This document shows positions 9,047 through 17,629 of a stretch of DNA of 24,259 nucleotides, piece by piece. How positions within the stretch are numbered: position 1 is the first letter of the stretch; every line of letters begins with the position of its first letter. The stretch is from an uncultured Deferribacteres bacterium (GTDB taxonomy: Bacteria; Zhuqueibacterota; Zhuqueibacteria; Zhuqueibacterales; Geothermadaptataceae). The stretch spans positions 1-24,259 of the forward strand of contig CAXHAT010000121.1 in the NCBI GenBank assembly GCA_964014485.1, read 5' to 3'. The notes below the pieces were generated by a model. It was not told where the DNA came from. It made no database searches and saw only the letters and a program-made list of their open reading frames with translations. Made by a program: the position numbers and the translations under genes.

Positions 9047-11011
9047 CTACTTCATCAACATAAGCTTCTTCTGTTGGACAAAATCGTTCACGGTCAATCT
9101 GTACAAATACAAACCGCTGGCGACCGGCCGCTCGCCGTCGTCGCGCGCGTCCCAGGTGACGTTGTAAAGCCCTGGTGAATATTCGCCGGAGACGAGGGTG
9201 CGGACGAGTTGGCCTGCACTATTGAAGATTCGCAGCGAAACCTCGCCCGATTGCGGCAGAGCGAAACGAATCTGCGTGCTCGGGTTGAACGGATTGGGGT
9301 AGTTTTGGTGCAGCGCATATTCCGTTGGCGTTGCGCTGCTCAATTCAGCAATGGCTTCAACACTGACCGGGATTTTTGCGTTGCCAGGGCCAAGCAGCGC
9401 GCCCGGCGAGTTGTGGCCAATGAAAAGACAGTCGCGCTCGATTTCGATACTTTTCGCGCAGATCGCACCGCGCAGTTGCGTGTTTTTCTTGAGAACAACG
9501 TCGGCGTTCGGCGCCAGGAGCGTACCGAGAAAATACGCTTCTTTGCCTAACTCCAATTCGTCGGATTGCAGTGTGCAAAAGAGAACCTGGTCGCTGTCGT
9601 CTTCGTCGTCAGGTAAGCGGATTTCGACTTCCGGGCCAAGTTCAAGATTGTCGGTGACATTGATCGCGATTGGGCCGCCGGAAACGTCGAGATCAAAGAC
9701 GGCCTCCTCTTCTTCGTAGCGGATTTCTTCAAAAAAGTACTCGCCGCTGGAGAGTTGAATTGTCGCTTTGTCTTCCAACGTCAGCACGCCGTAAGTGCCT
9801 GGGGCGAGGCTAAGCGAACCTTCTTCCGGCACGGTGTGATTTGCGCCGCCGGCTGAGAAAGACTTGCTCCCAAGCGTGATTGCGCTCACCGAAATGGTGG
9901 TTTGCGAACCGTTGATCGTGGCGTCGCCGGAAATGTCGAGGCTCGACGCTTCGAGATCACCATTAATGGTGTTTTCCTTTTCAACTTCGATCTCGCCGAC
10001 CGCCGTGAAATTCACGTCATACTCGCTGGGATCGCCTTTTTCGACAGTAATGTCGCCATTTGAAAAAACGCTTCCTTCAGGCGTTTCATGCTTGGTTTTG
10101 TTCAATACAAAATCTCCGTCAGCCAGAAAAACGAAATCGAAAACCGTGACGGTAACTTGATCCGTATCAGTGCAGCCGTTCGCGTCGGTGACTTCAACGG
10201 TGTAACTTGTGGTCGCCGCCGGACTGGCGTTGGGATTTTGGGCGGAAGGATCGTCGAGTCCCGTCGTGGGCGTCCAGTCGAAAGTGAAAGGCCCTTGCCC
10301 GCCGCTGACGTTTGCCGTCAAGCCGACTGTTTCGCCGACACACATGCCATCGCCAGTCGCCGTCGAGCCTGCGGTAACGGTCGGTTCATCGAAATTGTCG
10401 ACGTTTTCGGAAAACGAGTCATTACTGGAGTTGGAATCGCCGGTAAGATCAGTCGACGCAGTGACGGTGTAACTTCCGCTGGTCGAAAGATTTGCACTCG
10501 TGCTGAACGAATGCGTAGCCGAGCTCATTGCGGCAATCGTGCCGGCAAAAGATTCCGTTACAGGGCCGGTTCCAACGGGGCCGGTGACTTCAAAAGTCAC
10601 GTCGAAATTACTCGCTGGCACGGTGCTGAAATTCATGATTTGAATTTGCACAGTTTCGGCGTTACCCAGACCGCAGCCGTCGACGGGAGACAAAATTGCC
10701 GTGACGCCGACGTCGCCTTGTTTGACCTCAGTGCAAGTCGGATCGGCACTGCTTGTTGCGTCGTCAGGATCATCCGTATTGAGATCGGAAAAATTTGTCC
10801 CGGAAACCGTGCCCTGGTTGCACACTTCCATCACCGAAGGGGCGAGGCCGCTATTTACGGTGACTTCAAAGCAAACGACGATGCTGTCGCCGGGATTGAT
10901 CGTGCCGATAGTCATCGGCGTACTCGGAAATTGCGCCAGGGCCGGGCTCGCTACGGTAAAAGCGAGCAACACCGACAGCAGGGCGATCTTGAATGCATTT
11001 TTATTGTTCAT
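9047..11011 (-). CDS. Secreted multidomain protein: half DUF11-like domain, CARDB-like, PKD/SprB-like, acidic beta-solenoid and FlgD-Ig/T9SS type A-like C-terminal domain
   Basis: GGAGA RBS then signal peptide MNNKNAFKIALLSVLLAFTVASPALA|Q; GDVGVTAILSP..DSNSSND (CARDB-like); WTPTTGLDDPSAQNPNASPAATTSYTVEVTDANGC; C-terminal YALHQNYPNPFNPSTQIRFALP..WDARDDGERPVASGLYLYRL..KKLMLMK. Confidence 0.85.
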   Translation of the reverse strand: MNNKNAFKIALLSVLLAFTVASPALAQFPSTPMTIGTINPGDSIVVCFEVTVNSGLAPSVMEVCNQGTVSGTNFSDLNTDDPDDATSSADPTCTEVKQGDVGVTAILSPVDGCGLGNAETVQIQIMNFSTVPASNFDVTFEVTGPVGTGPVTESFAGTIAAMSSATHSFSTSANLSTSGSYTVTASTDLTGDSNSSNDSFSENVDNFDEPTVTAGSTATGDGMCVGETVGLTANVSGGQGPFTFDWTPTTGLDDPSAQNPNASPAATTSYTVEVTDANGCTDTDQVTVTVFDFVFLADGDFVLNKTKHETPEGSVFSNGDITVEKGDPSEYDVNFTAVGEIEVEKENTINGDLEASSLDISGDATINGSQTTISVSAITLGSKSFSAGGANHTVPEEGSLSLAPGTYGVLTLEDKATIQLSSGEYFFEEIRYEEEEAVFDLDVSGGPIAINVTDNLELGPEVEIRLPDDEDDSDQVLFCTLQSDELELGKEAYFLGTLLAPNADVVLKKNTQLRGAICAKSIEIERDCLFIGHNSPGALLGPGNAKIPVSVEAIAELSSATPTEYALHQNYPNPFNPSTQIRFALPQSGEVSLRIFNSAGQLVRTLVSGEYSPGLYNVTWDARDDGERPVASGLYLYRLTVNDFVQQKKLMLMK

Positions 11012-11057
11012 TGAGTTTTCTCCAAATAATTTGATCAACATTTCGCTGTCAGTGTGA

Positions 11058-14000
11058 TTAGTTAGGCTCAGTACAATTCGCGTTGTTATTGTTTGAGACT
11101 GTTTGGTCCGGGAAAACAAAATTTCCAGTGTTATTGTGTGGAGCGCCTTGCATTTGTGCTTCTGTCACGGCGCCAGTTCCGCTCCCTTCAACTTGAATCG
11201 TACTGCCGGAAGCCTCATCCAGGACCCATTCCTCGTTTGCGCTCGTGGCGCAGGTGTTATTCTTCAAATCCAGACAAATGCTCGCAGTGTCGAGAGTCTG
11301 AAAAGTAACCGGGGCCGAACTCGAGCTTGCGAAATTATTATTCGTCACGGTTGCGTTTATAATGCTAGTGTCATCAGATTCAACTTCCATAATCTGGTCA
11401 CCACTGTTGGCGTTACCGGTGTTGTCCGAGCGAATGTCATTGCCATTGGCAACGCTGCCGCCTATAAGCAAATTCATCGTGCCAGACCGATTTTCGATAA
11501 AGACGCCATCCCGCGTGCCGCCAATGTTATTGGCCGTGGTACCTGATATTGCGCCGGTCCCGAAATCATTGCGCGTGATGGTGACGTCAAAGGTCGTGAC
11601 CGTAGACCGGTTTGAGATGTACAGCGCTTCCCGGTTGCCTATGTCATCAATCGTATTGTTATCAATGAGTAAATCCATCGACGTGACGGTTGTTGATTGC
11701 TCATTGACAATATTGATTCCGCGACGATGATCGATGCTGGAGGCGTTTGTAGCAGAAAGTGAGTTCCCGGAAATCGTCAAGTCCAGCGATGTGCCGCCGC
11801 TGACTGTTGATGCGCCGTAGCCTGCATTCAAAAGACCGGCATTGAAGTTCCCTGCCTTCGCTAAATCCCTGTATGTGTTATTCGAAATGACAAATGTCGC
11901 AACAACAGAGCCTCCATTCGAATGATTGGTATCACCTGTGCCAACCGCTGTCGAATTCTCGATAAGGTTGTTGGTGAAATTGTGGTTGAGCGTTCCAGAG
12001 GTCTGCGTGCCGCTGCCTTCATATGCGTCAATTTGAAACGAAGCCGGATCGTTGTTATTCCAGCGGCTGTCTTCCACGTTCACCGTCGTTGTACCAATGT
12101 TGCCTCGGAACTGTACGAGCACGAGCGATTGCCCGGTGGTTGAGTTGTTGAAAAACGAATTATCGATTGTCAGGTTCAGTCCCATAGTCCCGGTGAAGTT
12201 ATGAGCAACGATGGCGCTTGTGCCGGCATTATCAACGTCGGTAATTGTGAGCTGATCGAGCAGGCAAGTCCCGTCTACTTCATCCATATCGATGGCGTCG
12301 CCGCCAGGATCGAGAATGTTCATATCCGTCAAGCTCAACGCCCGCGAGTCGTCGACGTCGATGGCGTCGCCTGTCGTGTTTTGGATCGTGCCGCCGGAAG
12401 CGTTGCCGCCCTGGGTGACGCCGCCGCCATCCCCTGTGACGGTCAAGCCGCCGTTAGAGCCTGTCGTGTTCAACACGATTGCATTTGCCGGTCCACTTGC
12501 GCCGGTTCCTGCAGAGATGCTTTCGAATGTCAGACCGGGATTAATCGTGGTACTAGTGACATTTAGCGCCGTTCCCGTCGTTGTCAAAATAGAATTACCG
12601 TTGCCGCTGACGTTCAGCGCACCAAAGGTATTGCTCGTGGCGCTGAAGCCGGTTCCACTGGTTGCGTCGATGTCCAAGCCGCCATTGGAGAAGGTGACTG
12701 TCGTGGTCGCGTTGCCGGTCACCGTCACGGCTATATTCGCGCCTGTATTCAGGACTTTCGAAGTGCCGCTAAATGTTACAGGACTGGACGTGTTGTTCGA
12801 GACGTTTATGCCTGTTGCGCCCGCTGCGCTATTGGAAAGTGCGCCGCTGAAGGTGATGGCGCCGCCGGTTTTGTTGGTGATCTCGATCAAGCGTCCGGCG
12901 TTGTTCTTGGTAACGCTGCCGGGGTAGGTCATCGCCACGGAGCCGGTATTCACCAAAACCGCCGTCCCGGTCGGATTGCTGATCGTCCCGGAAGTCACAA
13001 ACAGATTGCCTGATACGCCGACAAGATTAATCGCTTGCGCGGCAGCATTGGTCGAAGAGAGCGTATTGAAAGAAACCGCCGAGCCAAAACTCCCGCTGGT
13101 CGAGATATTGAGCGCGCCGCCAGTGCCTGTCACGTTTACCGTATTGATTGTTGGCGAGCCGACTGCACCGCCATTGAAGCCGAAGCCCGTTGTGTTGCCC
13201 ACATTGAGTCCGCGCACCGTGTTGCCGCTGGCGAGATCAACGCCGTGATTGGTTCCGCCTGTGGTTGAAATGACCGGAGCCGCCATTGTGCCGCTTGCGA
13301 AAGTCGCGTATGCACTGATACTGTTGGCGTTAGCCGTGAACTCGGTGTTAAAAGCTACGGCTTCGCCAATCAATTCTTGCGAATTCCGCAGATTAATGCC
13401 GTCGGTCTCGGAATATGCGCCGCTTCCTCTTTGCAGACTGATGTGATCGCCGTTTTTGGGATCGGGCACTGCGCCGGTTCCTGCATTTGCCGTGTTGAAG
13501 CTGGCGATGCTTGTAAAGGGATCGTTAAACGTGCCGCGATTATTTCCGCCGCCGCTGTTGCTGATAAACCAGGCCATGTCGGAAACCGTGATCGTTACCG
13601 TCGCATTTGAGGAATTACCAAAACCGTTGCCAACGGCATAGGTAAAAGAGTCGCCGCCTTCGTAGCCTGGGGGCGGATCGTAGGTGAAGCCGCCGTCCGC
13701 GTTCAAGGTAACGAAACCAGTTACGCCGCCGCGACCGGTTGCAGTCGTTGCGGTTGCTGAGCCTACGTTGGCTAACAAGCCGTTAACGAGGGTGACGTCG
13801 ATTTGATCTCCGCCGTCCACGCCTGAGCCGTTGTTGGCATGAATCGCTCCGGCGCTATGTTCAATGGCAATATTTCCCGTCGCTGTGAACGCGTCGGCGA
13901 CAGCGTCTGGTCTCAAGCCGACCGCTACTGTAACCGTGCCAACACTGCTGCCCGCCGTATTTTGAAGCGTGTAGGTAAATTGATCCGTTCCCGTAAAAAT

Positions 14001-15605
14001 TGCGGAAGGCGGCGTGTAGGAAAAACTGCCGTTTGCGTTGACAACCACCGTTCCGCCCTGCGTAGATGTTGCGTCAAAGGCGGAAATCGTCGCTACGGGA
14101 AAGCCTAAGGCGTCATTCGCCAAGAGATCGTTCGCGCCGTCAGGTACGTTAAGTGTCGTGTTGATGGCTGTGTGATAGGGGTGCGCCGTCGTGCTGTTCG
14201 CGGGCAAGCCGCCGTTGGGATCGTCCACCGCGACGGGCGGGCCGTTCACCTGCACGTCAAAAGAGCATTGCGCCGAAAGATCAACCCCGCTGTTGGCCGT
14301 GCCGCCGTTGTCCTGAACTTGAACCGAGACGGTTGCTATGCCCGCCATGCCGGAAAGCGTGTAGCTCAAGTCGCCGTTGGTCAAATTAACGGTGGGCTGA
14401 GCGCTGAAGAGCGCATTGTTGTTATTACTGATAATCAGAGAAAGCGTCTGTCCTGATTCATCCGCGGGGCCGGTTGTGATACCTGTCGCCCAGCCGTTCA
14501 CAGTAATCGCCGGGCCGTCTGTATTGTTGTGCGTCTGATTACCGCCGCAAGTTATCGTCGGCGCGTCATTGACCGGGGTGATTGTAATATCCGCCGTCCC
14601 TTCTTCTTCATTGCCGTCATCATCGACAACTTTGAATTTAAAAGTATCAGGGCCGTTTTCATTGGCGTTGGGTGAATAAGTCACGCTTGCATTGTTCGGC
14701 GGGTTTTGCGTGAATGCGCCTATAGAGCCTTTCGTCGGCGAGGTCGTTGAGCTGAACGTCAGATTGTCTCCGTCCGGGTCGACGCCGTCAAGGCTGAGTG
14801 CGGTTGGCGTGTCTTCTAGAACAGTGAAAGATTCGTTTTGCGCCAGCGGCGTCGTGTTCAGCGATCCAGCGACATACGTCGTGTTGGCGTCGATCAAATC
14901 CGCGTACTCGGCGCCGGTTGCATCCATATTTCCGGTGTTTTTGATTTTGACCGTGTACTTGATGGTCTCGCCGGGCGTCGCAGCGCCGTCGCTGTCTGTG
15001 TCCGGCTTGACTTCGTCGATCTTGGTCGCTTCCATAGTCACGGCTTGCAGCTTCAAGTCGCGATCGCCTGCGTTTTCCGCATTGTTGTCGGAAATGCGAC
15101 GCTTGCTGAAATGGTTTTTGAAGCTGAGAATTAACGTTCGCGAGGGATCATGCTCCGCCACGCTGACGCCAAGGCCGCCGTTGGGGTGAGCAGCAAAGCT
15201 TGCGTCAAGAAGCGTTTGCTTACCTTCCAAATCGACTTGCACGGCTTGCAAATCAGCGAGCTGTGTGCGTAAATCGCCGCTCAGGAATTCTACGCGTTCA
15301 TTTTCTATAGTAAATTGATTTTTTCGGGGGAGTTTGAATTGAATGACGGAAAGATCAACATGCGGCTTGATCGTAAGATTGGCATTCATACGAACGCCGG
15401 AACCGAAGAAAACGGCGTTAACGCCAGGGAAAACATCTTTTTGAACGGTGCTGCCTTTCGTCGGCAATTCGGCGCGCCAGGTCAGCAAATCCACGCCCGC
15501 GGATTCGCCTTTTTGCTCACTCGCGCCTTTGAAACCGGTGAGCGCTACCGCCGTCATGGCAAGCGCAATTAGCCGGTGACTGCGAAATACTCTCCTTTTC
15601 TCCAT
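11058..15605 (-). CDS. Large secreted adhesin-like protein (~1515 aa): four cadherin/Big_9-like Ig repeats plus a long right-handed beta-helix
   Basis: Basic-then-hydrophobic N-terminus from ATG 15605 (GAGGGA RBS); Ig repeats with LEDTP..DPDGD, PVNDAP, PVAVDD..LLAND, GSFSYTP, DQFTYT; beta-helix entry motif WFISNSGGGNNRGTFNDPFTSI then T/G/N/S-rich solenoid repeats; no recognisable C-terminal anchor. Confidence 0.82.
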   Translation of the reverse strand: MEKRRVFRSHRLIALAMTAVALTGFKGASEQKGESAGVDLLTWRAELPTKGSTVQKDVFPGVNAVFFGSGVRMNANLTIKPHVDLSVIQFKLPRKNQFTIENERVEFLSGDLRTQLADLQAVQVDLEGKQTLLDASFAAHPNGGLGVSVAEHDPSRTLILSFKNHFSKRRISDNNAENAGDRDLKLQAVTMEATKIDEVKPDTDSDGAATPGETIKYTVKIKNTGNMDATGAEYADLIDANTTYVAGSLNTTPLAQNESFTVLEDTPTALSLDGVDPDGDNLTFSSTTSPTKGSIGAFTQNPPNNASVTYSPNANENGPDTFKFKVVDDDGNEEEGTADITITPVNDAPTITCGGNQTHNNTDGPAITVNGWATGITTGPADESGQTLSLIISNNNNALFSAQPTVNLTNGDLSYTLSGMAGIATVSVQVQDNGGTANSGVDLSAQCSFDVQVNGPPVAVDDPNGGLPANSTTAHPYHTAINTTLNVPDGANDLLANDALGFPVATISAFDATSTQGGTVVVNANGSFSYTPPSAIFTGTDQFTYTLQNTAGSSVGTVTVAVGLRPDAVADAFTATGNIAIEHSAGAIHANNGSGVDGGDQIDVTLVNGLLANVGSATATTATGRGGVTGFVTLNADGGFTYDPPPGYEGGDSFTYAVGNGFGNSSNATVTITVSDMAWFISNSGGGNNRGTFNDPFTSIASFNTANAGTGAVPDPKNGDHISLQRGSGAYSETDGINLRNSQELIGEAVAFNTEFTANANSISAYATFASGTMAAPVISTTGGTNHGVDLASGNTVRGLNVGNTTGFGFNGGAVGSPTINTVNVTGTGGALNISTSGSFGSAVSFNTLSSTNAAAQAINLVGVSGNLFVTSGTISNPTGTAVLVNTGSVAMTYPGSVTKNNAGRLIEITNKTGGAITFSGALSNSAAGATGINVSNNTSSPVTFSGTSKVLNTGANIAVTVTGNATTTVTFSNGGLDIDATSGTGFSATSNTFGALNVSGNGNSILTTTGTALNVTSTTINPGLTFESISAGTGASGPANAIVLNTTGSNGGLTVTGDGGGVTQGGNASGGTIQNTTGDAIDVDDSRALSLTDMNILDPGGDAIDMDEVDGTCLLDQLTITDVDNAGTSAIVAHNFTGTMGLNLTIDNSFFNNSTTGQSLVLVQFRGNIGTTTVNVEDSRWNNNDPASFQIDAYEGSGTQTSGTLNHNFTNNLIENSTAVGTGDTNHSNGGSVVATFVISNNTYRDLAKAGNFNAGLLNAGYGASTVSGGTSLDLTISGNSLSATNASSIDHRRGINIVNEQSTTVTSMDLLIDNNTIDDIGNREALYISNRSTVTTFDVTITRNDFGTGAISGTTANNIGGTRDGVFIENRSGTMNLLIGGSVANGNDIRSDNTGNANSGDQIMEVESDDTSIINATVTNNNFASSSSAPVTFQTLDTASICLDLKNNTCATSANEEWVLDEASGSTIQVEGSGTGAVTEAQMQGAPHNNTGNFVFPDQTVSNNNNANCTEPN

Positions 15606-15879
15606 AAGAGTCCCTCGTGTGTTAGATGATCGATTGTTTTCGAAAAAGCAGGTTATAGCGTAAAAACGCGAAGTTATTATCAGAAAAGAAAAATGTGGTG
15701 GAGGGTCCGTCCTCAAAACGCCGCATCTTCCTTGACGCGATCGTTAGAGCGTTAAAACTTCTTCGCCCCTTAAACATACAGTTGGAATACATGCGCCTCA
15801 TAAAAAATGAGCAGAAAAACATTCAGGACGAGAGCTGATTTTACATTCGAGAAATGCTCGATTGGCAAGCGCGGCTTAA

Positions 15880-16179
15880 TCAATTGAACATCGCTTCATA
15901 GACATAGCCGTCCGGCTCATCGTAAATAGGCACGAGAAACAAGCCGAATTCCCCCATTTCCTGGTGAGAAATTTTGTAAAGCTTTTGCTGAAGAAAAACG
16001 GACTTGTCAGTTTTGAGGAGTAGAGAGAAAGGTCGGCGCGTTTGTTCGTAAACATGCTCCCGGTCGTCGCGGCCCAAGTCTTTAGCCTCAATGAGACGCG
16101 CGTCCAGCCTTGTTTGATCGTCCGCTTCGATAGAAAAGTTTTGTTCGATGTATTGGGTAAAATCGTCCAGTTTTAGCAT
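15880..16179 (-). CDS. DUF6916-like small protein (copy 3, canonical end)
   Basis: RRPFSLL, LQQKLYKISHQEMG, LFLVPI, terminal YEAMFN; AAGGA RBS. Confidence 0.8.
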   Translation of the reverse strand: MLKLDDFTQYIEQNFSIEADDQTRLDARLIEAKDLGRDDREHVYEQTRRPFSLLLKTDKSVFLQQKLYKISHQEMGEFGLFLVPIYDEPDGYVYEAMFN

Positions 16180-16204
16180 TTAAGTTCCTTTGAATTCCTC
16201 AGCT

Positions 16205-16672
16205 TCACTTTGGTCGCCATTCCATCAAATCGTAAACGCCTTGATCTTCGAGCTTCTCAAATCCAAGTCGATGATAAAGCCGCATGGCCGGGTTATTTTT
16301 TTCGACGTGGATAGTGACCGGCGCATTCCTGTTTTGGCCCTCAGCGAGAATATCTTTCATCAATTTTTTGCCCAGCCCTTTGCCGCGATGCTCCGTGAGC
16401 AAGGCGATGTCGATCAAGCGAATTTCGTTCTCACGATAATCAATATAGAGCCGACCGACAGGTTCGCCATCCAGCAAAATTATTTGAAACCGCGCTTGTT
16501 TGAACTGCTCCATATAGTATTGATGCTGTGCGTCGAACTGTTGTTGCAAAAATTCGCTTTTTTGCTGCGGCGTCCAGGGCACGGCGGCAAGCTCCATTTC
16601 GCGCGTGCTGGCGTATACTCGCGTCAAAAAAGCACTGTCGGATTCTGTGATTGGGCGAAAAGTCAAATCCAT
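16205..16672 (-). CDS. GNAT N-acetyltransferase of the type linked to tail-collar gene triads
   Basis: VYASTREMEL..FLQQQFDAQHQYY; IRLIDIALLTEHRGKGLG; HVEKNNPAMRLYHRLGF. Confidence 0.9.
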   Translation of the reverse strand: MDLTFRPITESDSAFLTRVYASTREMELAAVPWTPQQKSEFLQQQFDAQHQYYMEQFKQARFQIILLDGEPVGRLYIDYRENEIRLIDIALLTEHRGKGLGKKLMKDILAEGQNRNAPVTIHVEKNNPAMRLYHRLGFEKLEDQGVYDLMEWRPK

Positions 16673-16678
16673 TTGTGA

Positions 16679-17110
16679 CTAATATTTTTCTTTTTCAGAT
16701 GATTTCGGCTTCTCCAATTTGATCAACGGCATGGTCCCGGTTTCCTGGACTTCAAGCATATGGGGTTCGTCATGCGCTATATTCGGGGTGAAATTAAAAA
16801 CCGCTTCATACTGCCTCCCGCCGTGCTCGAGATCAACCGGCGTTAAAAAAAGCTGGCCTTTGCCGAGTTTCTTATGTTTGACCGTGTAAGTGTTCTGTTC
16901 CAGCTTGTGCGATTTTGCCGTCCGAAAAAGCAGTGAGAAGCCGCGTCTAGGCAGGCTTGCGCCGTGGCTTGTATCATGCGCAAAATCTGATTGATGAATT
17001 TTAACCTCGACTAAATCCGCCGTGACTGGCCGTTTCCTGCCTTCGACTTGAATATGAAAACTCTCGCCAATCAGTGGGCCAAAATCAGAACTTTTGAAAC
17101 GATGCGCCAT
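16679..17110 (-). CDS. DUF6916-like protein (copy 2, 37-aa C-terminal extension)
   Basis: RRGFSLLFR, LEQNTYTVKH, LFLTPV, YEAVFN; GGAG RBS. Confidence 0.78.
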   Translation of the reverse strand: MAHRFKSSDFGPLIGESFHIQVEGRKRPVTADLVEVKIHQSDFAHDTSHGASLPRRGFSLLFRTAKSHKLEQNTYTVKHKKLGKGQLFLTPVDLEHGGRQYEAVFNFTPNIAHDEPHMLEVQETGTMPLIKLEKPKSSEKEKY

Positions 17111-17135
17111 TTTTATCTCCGTCTATACTTGAGAA

Positions 17136-17483
17136 TTATTCCAAAGCTGCGGAATGATCCGCGTTAAAAACCGCTTCGAATTGAGGTCGCTCTTCTTTGT
17201 CGTCTTCAATCGGCGACAGGAAAACGTCTATTTTGCCAACATCTTTGTTCTCAATAGTGAACATGTCTTGCGGCAGAGATGAGCCCTTGGAAGCGCGCAA
17301 AATGATAGAAAAGCCGCGCTTGATTTTAGTCGCCGCGTCGCTTGTATCGGTTGCGAAATCGGAGTGGTGAACCGAAACCTCGGCAAGCTCAGCTTTGACG
17401 GGCATGGCCATGCCTTCCTTGTAAATCATAAATTCGCCGCCCAAGTGCTGTGCGAAATCAACGCTTTTGATTTTATCTAACAT
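17136..17483 (-). CDS. DUF6916-like protein (copy 1)
   Basis: KRGFSIILR, LPQDMFTIEN, VFLSPI, FEAVFN; clearly paralogous to 16679..17110. Confidence 0.78.
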   Translation of the reverse strand: MLDKIKSVDFAQHLGGEFMIYKEGMAMPVKAELAEVSVHHSDFATDTSDAATKIKRGFSIILRASKGSSLPQDMFTIENKDVGKIDVFLSPIEDDKEERPQFEAVFNADHSAALE

Positions 17484-17521
17484 CTGTTCTCTCTCAAAAT
17501 TAAGTTTTGAGCGTGTTGTGA

Positions 17522-17623
17522 AATTGAGCGTTGGAGTAATGGATTATTGGATTGATGCACAAGCTCGATCATTGTCCGAGCTTAGTCGCCATTCCAAGAT
17601 TCCAAAACTCCATGACGCCAATT
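17522..17623. repeat. Inverted arrays of degenerate 8-bp TGGAnnnn repeats
   Basis: Left arm TGGAGTAA TGGATTAT TGGATTGA; right arm reverse-complemented TGGCGTCA TGGAGTTT TGGAATCT TGGAATGG; both arms begin with AATTG. Confidence 0.65.
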
Positions 17624-17629
17624 CGATCG

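Noticed and set aside
11012..11119. Adhesin and partner as one gene broken by a frameshift or nonsense mutation
   Set aside because: The downstream gene has its own GGAGA RBS and a well-formed signal peptide from ATG 11011, so it looks like a genuine separate gene.
17522..17623. CRISPR array
   Set aside because: Repeats are degenerate 8-mers without spacers and no cas genes are present.
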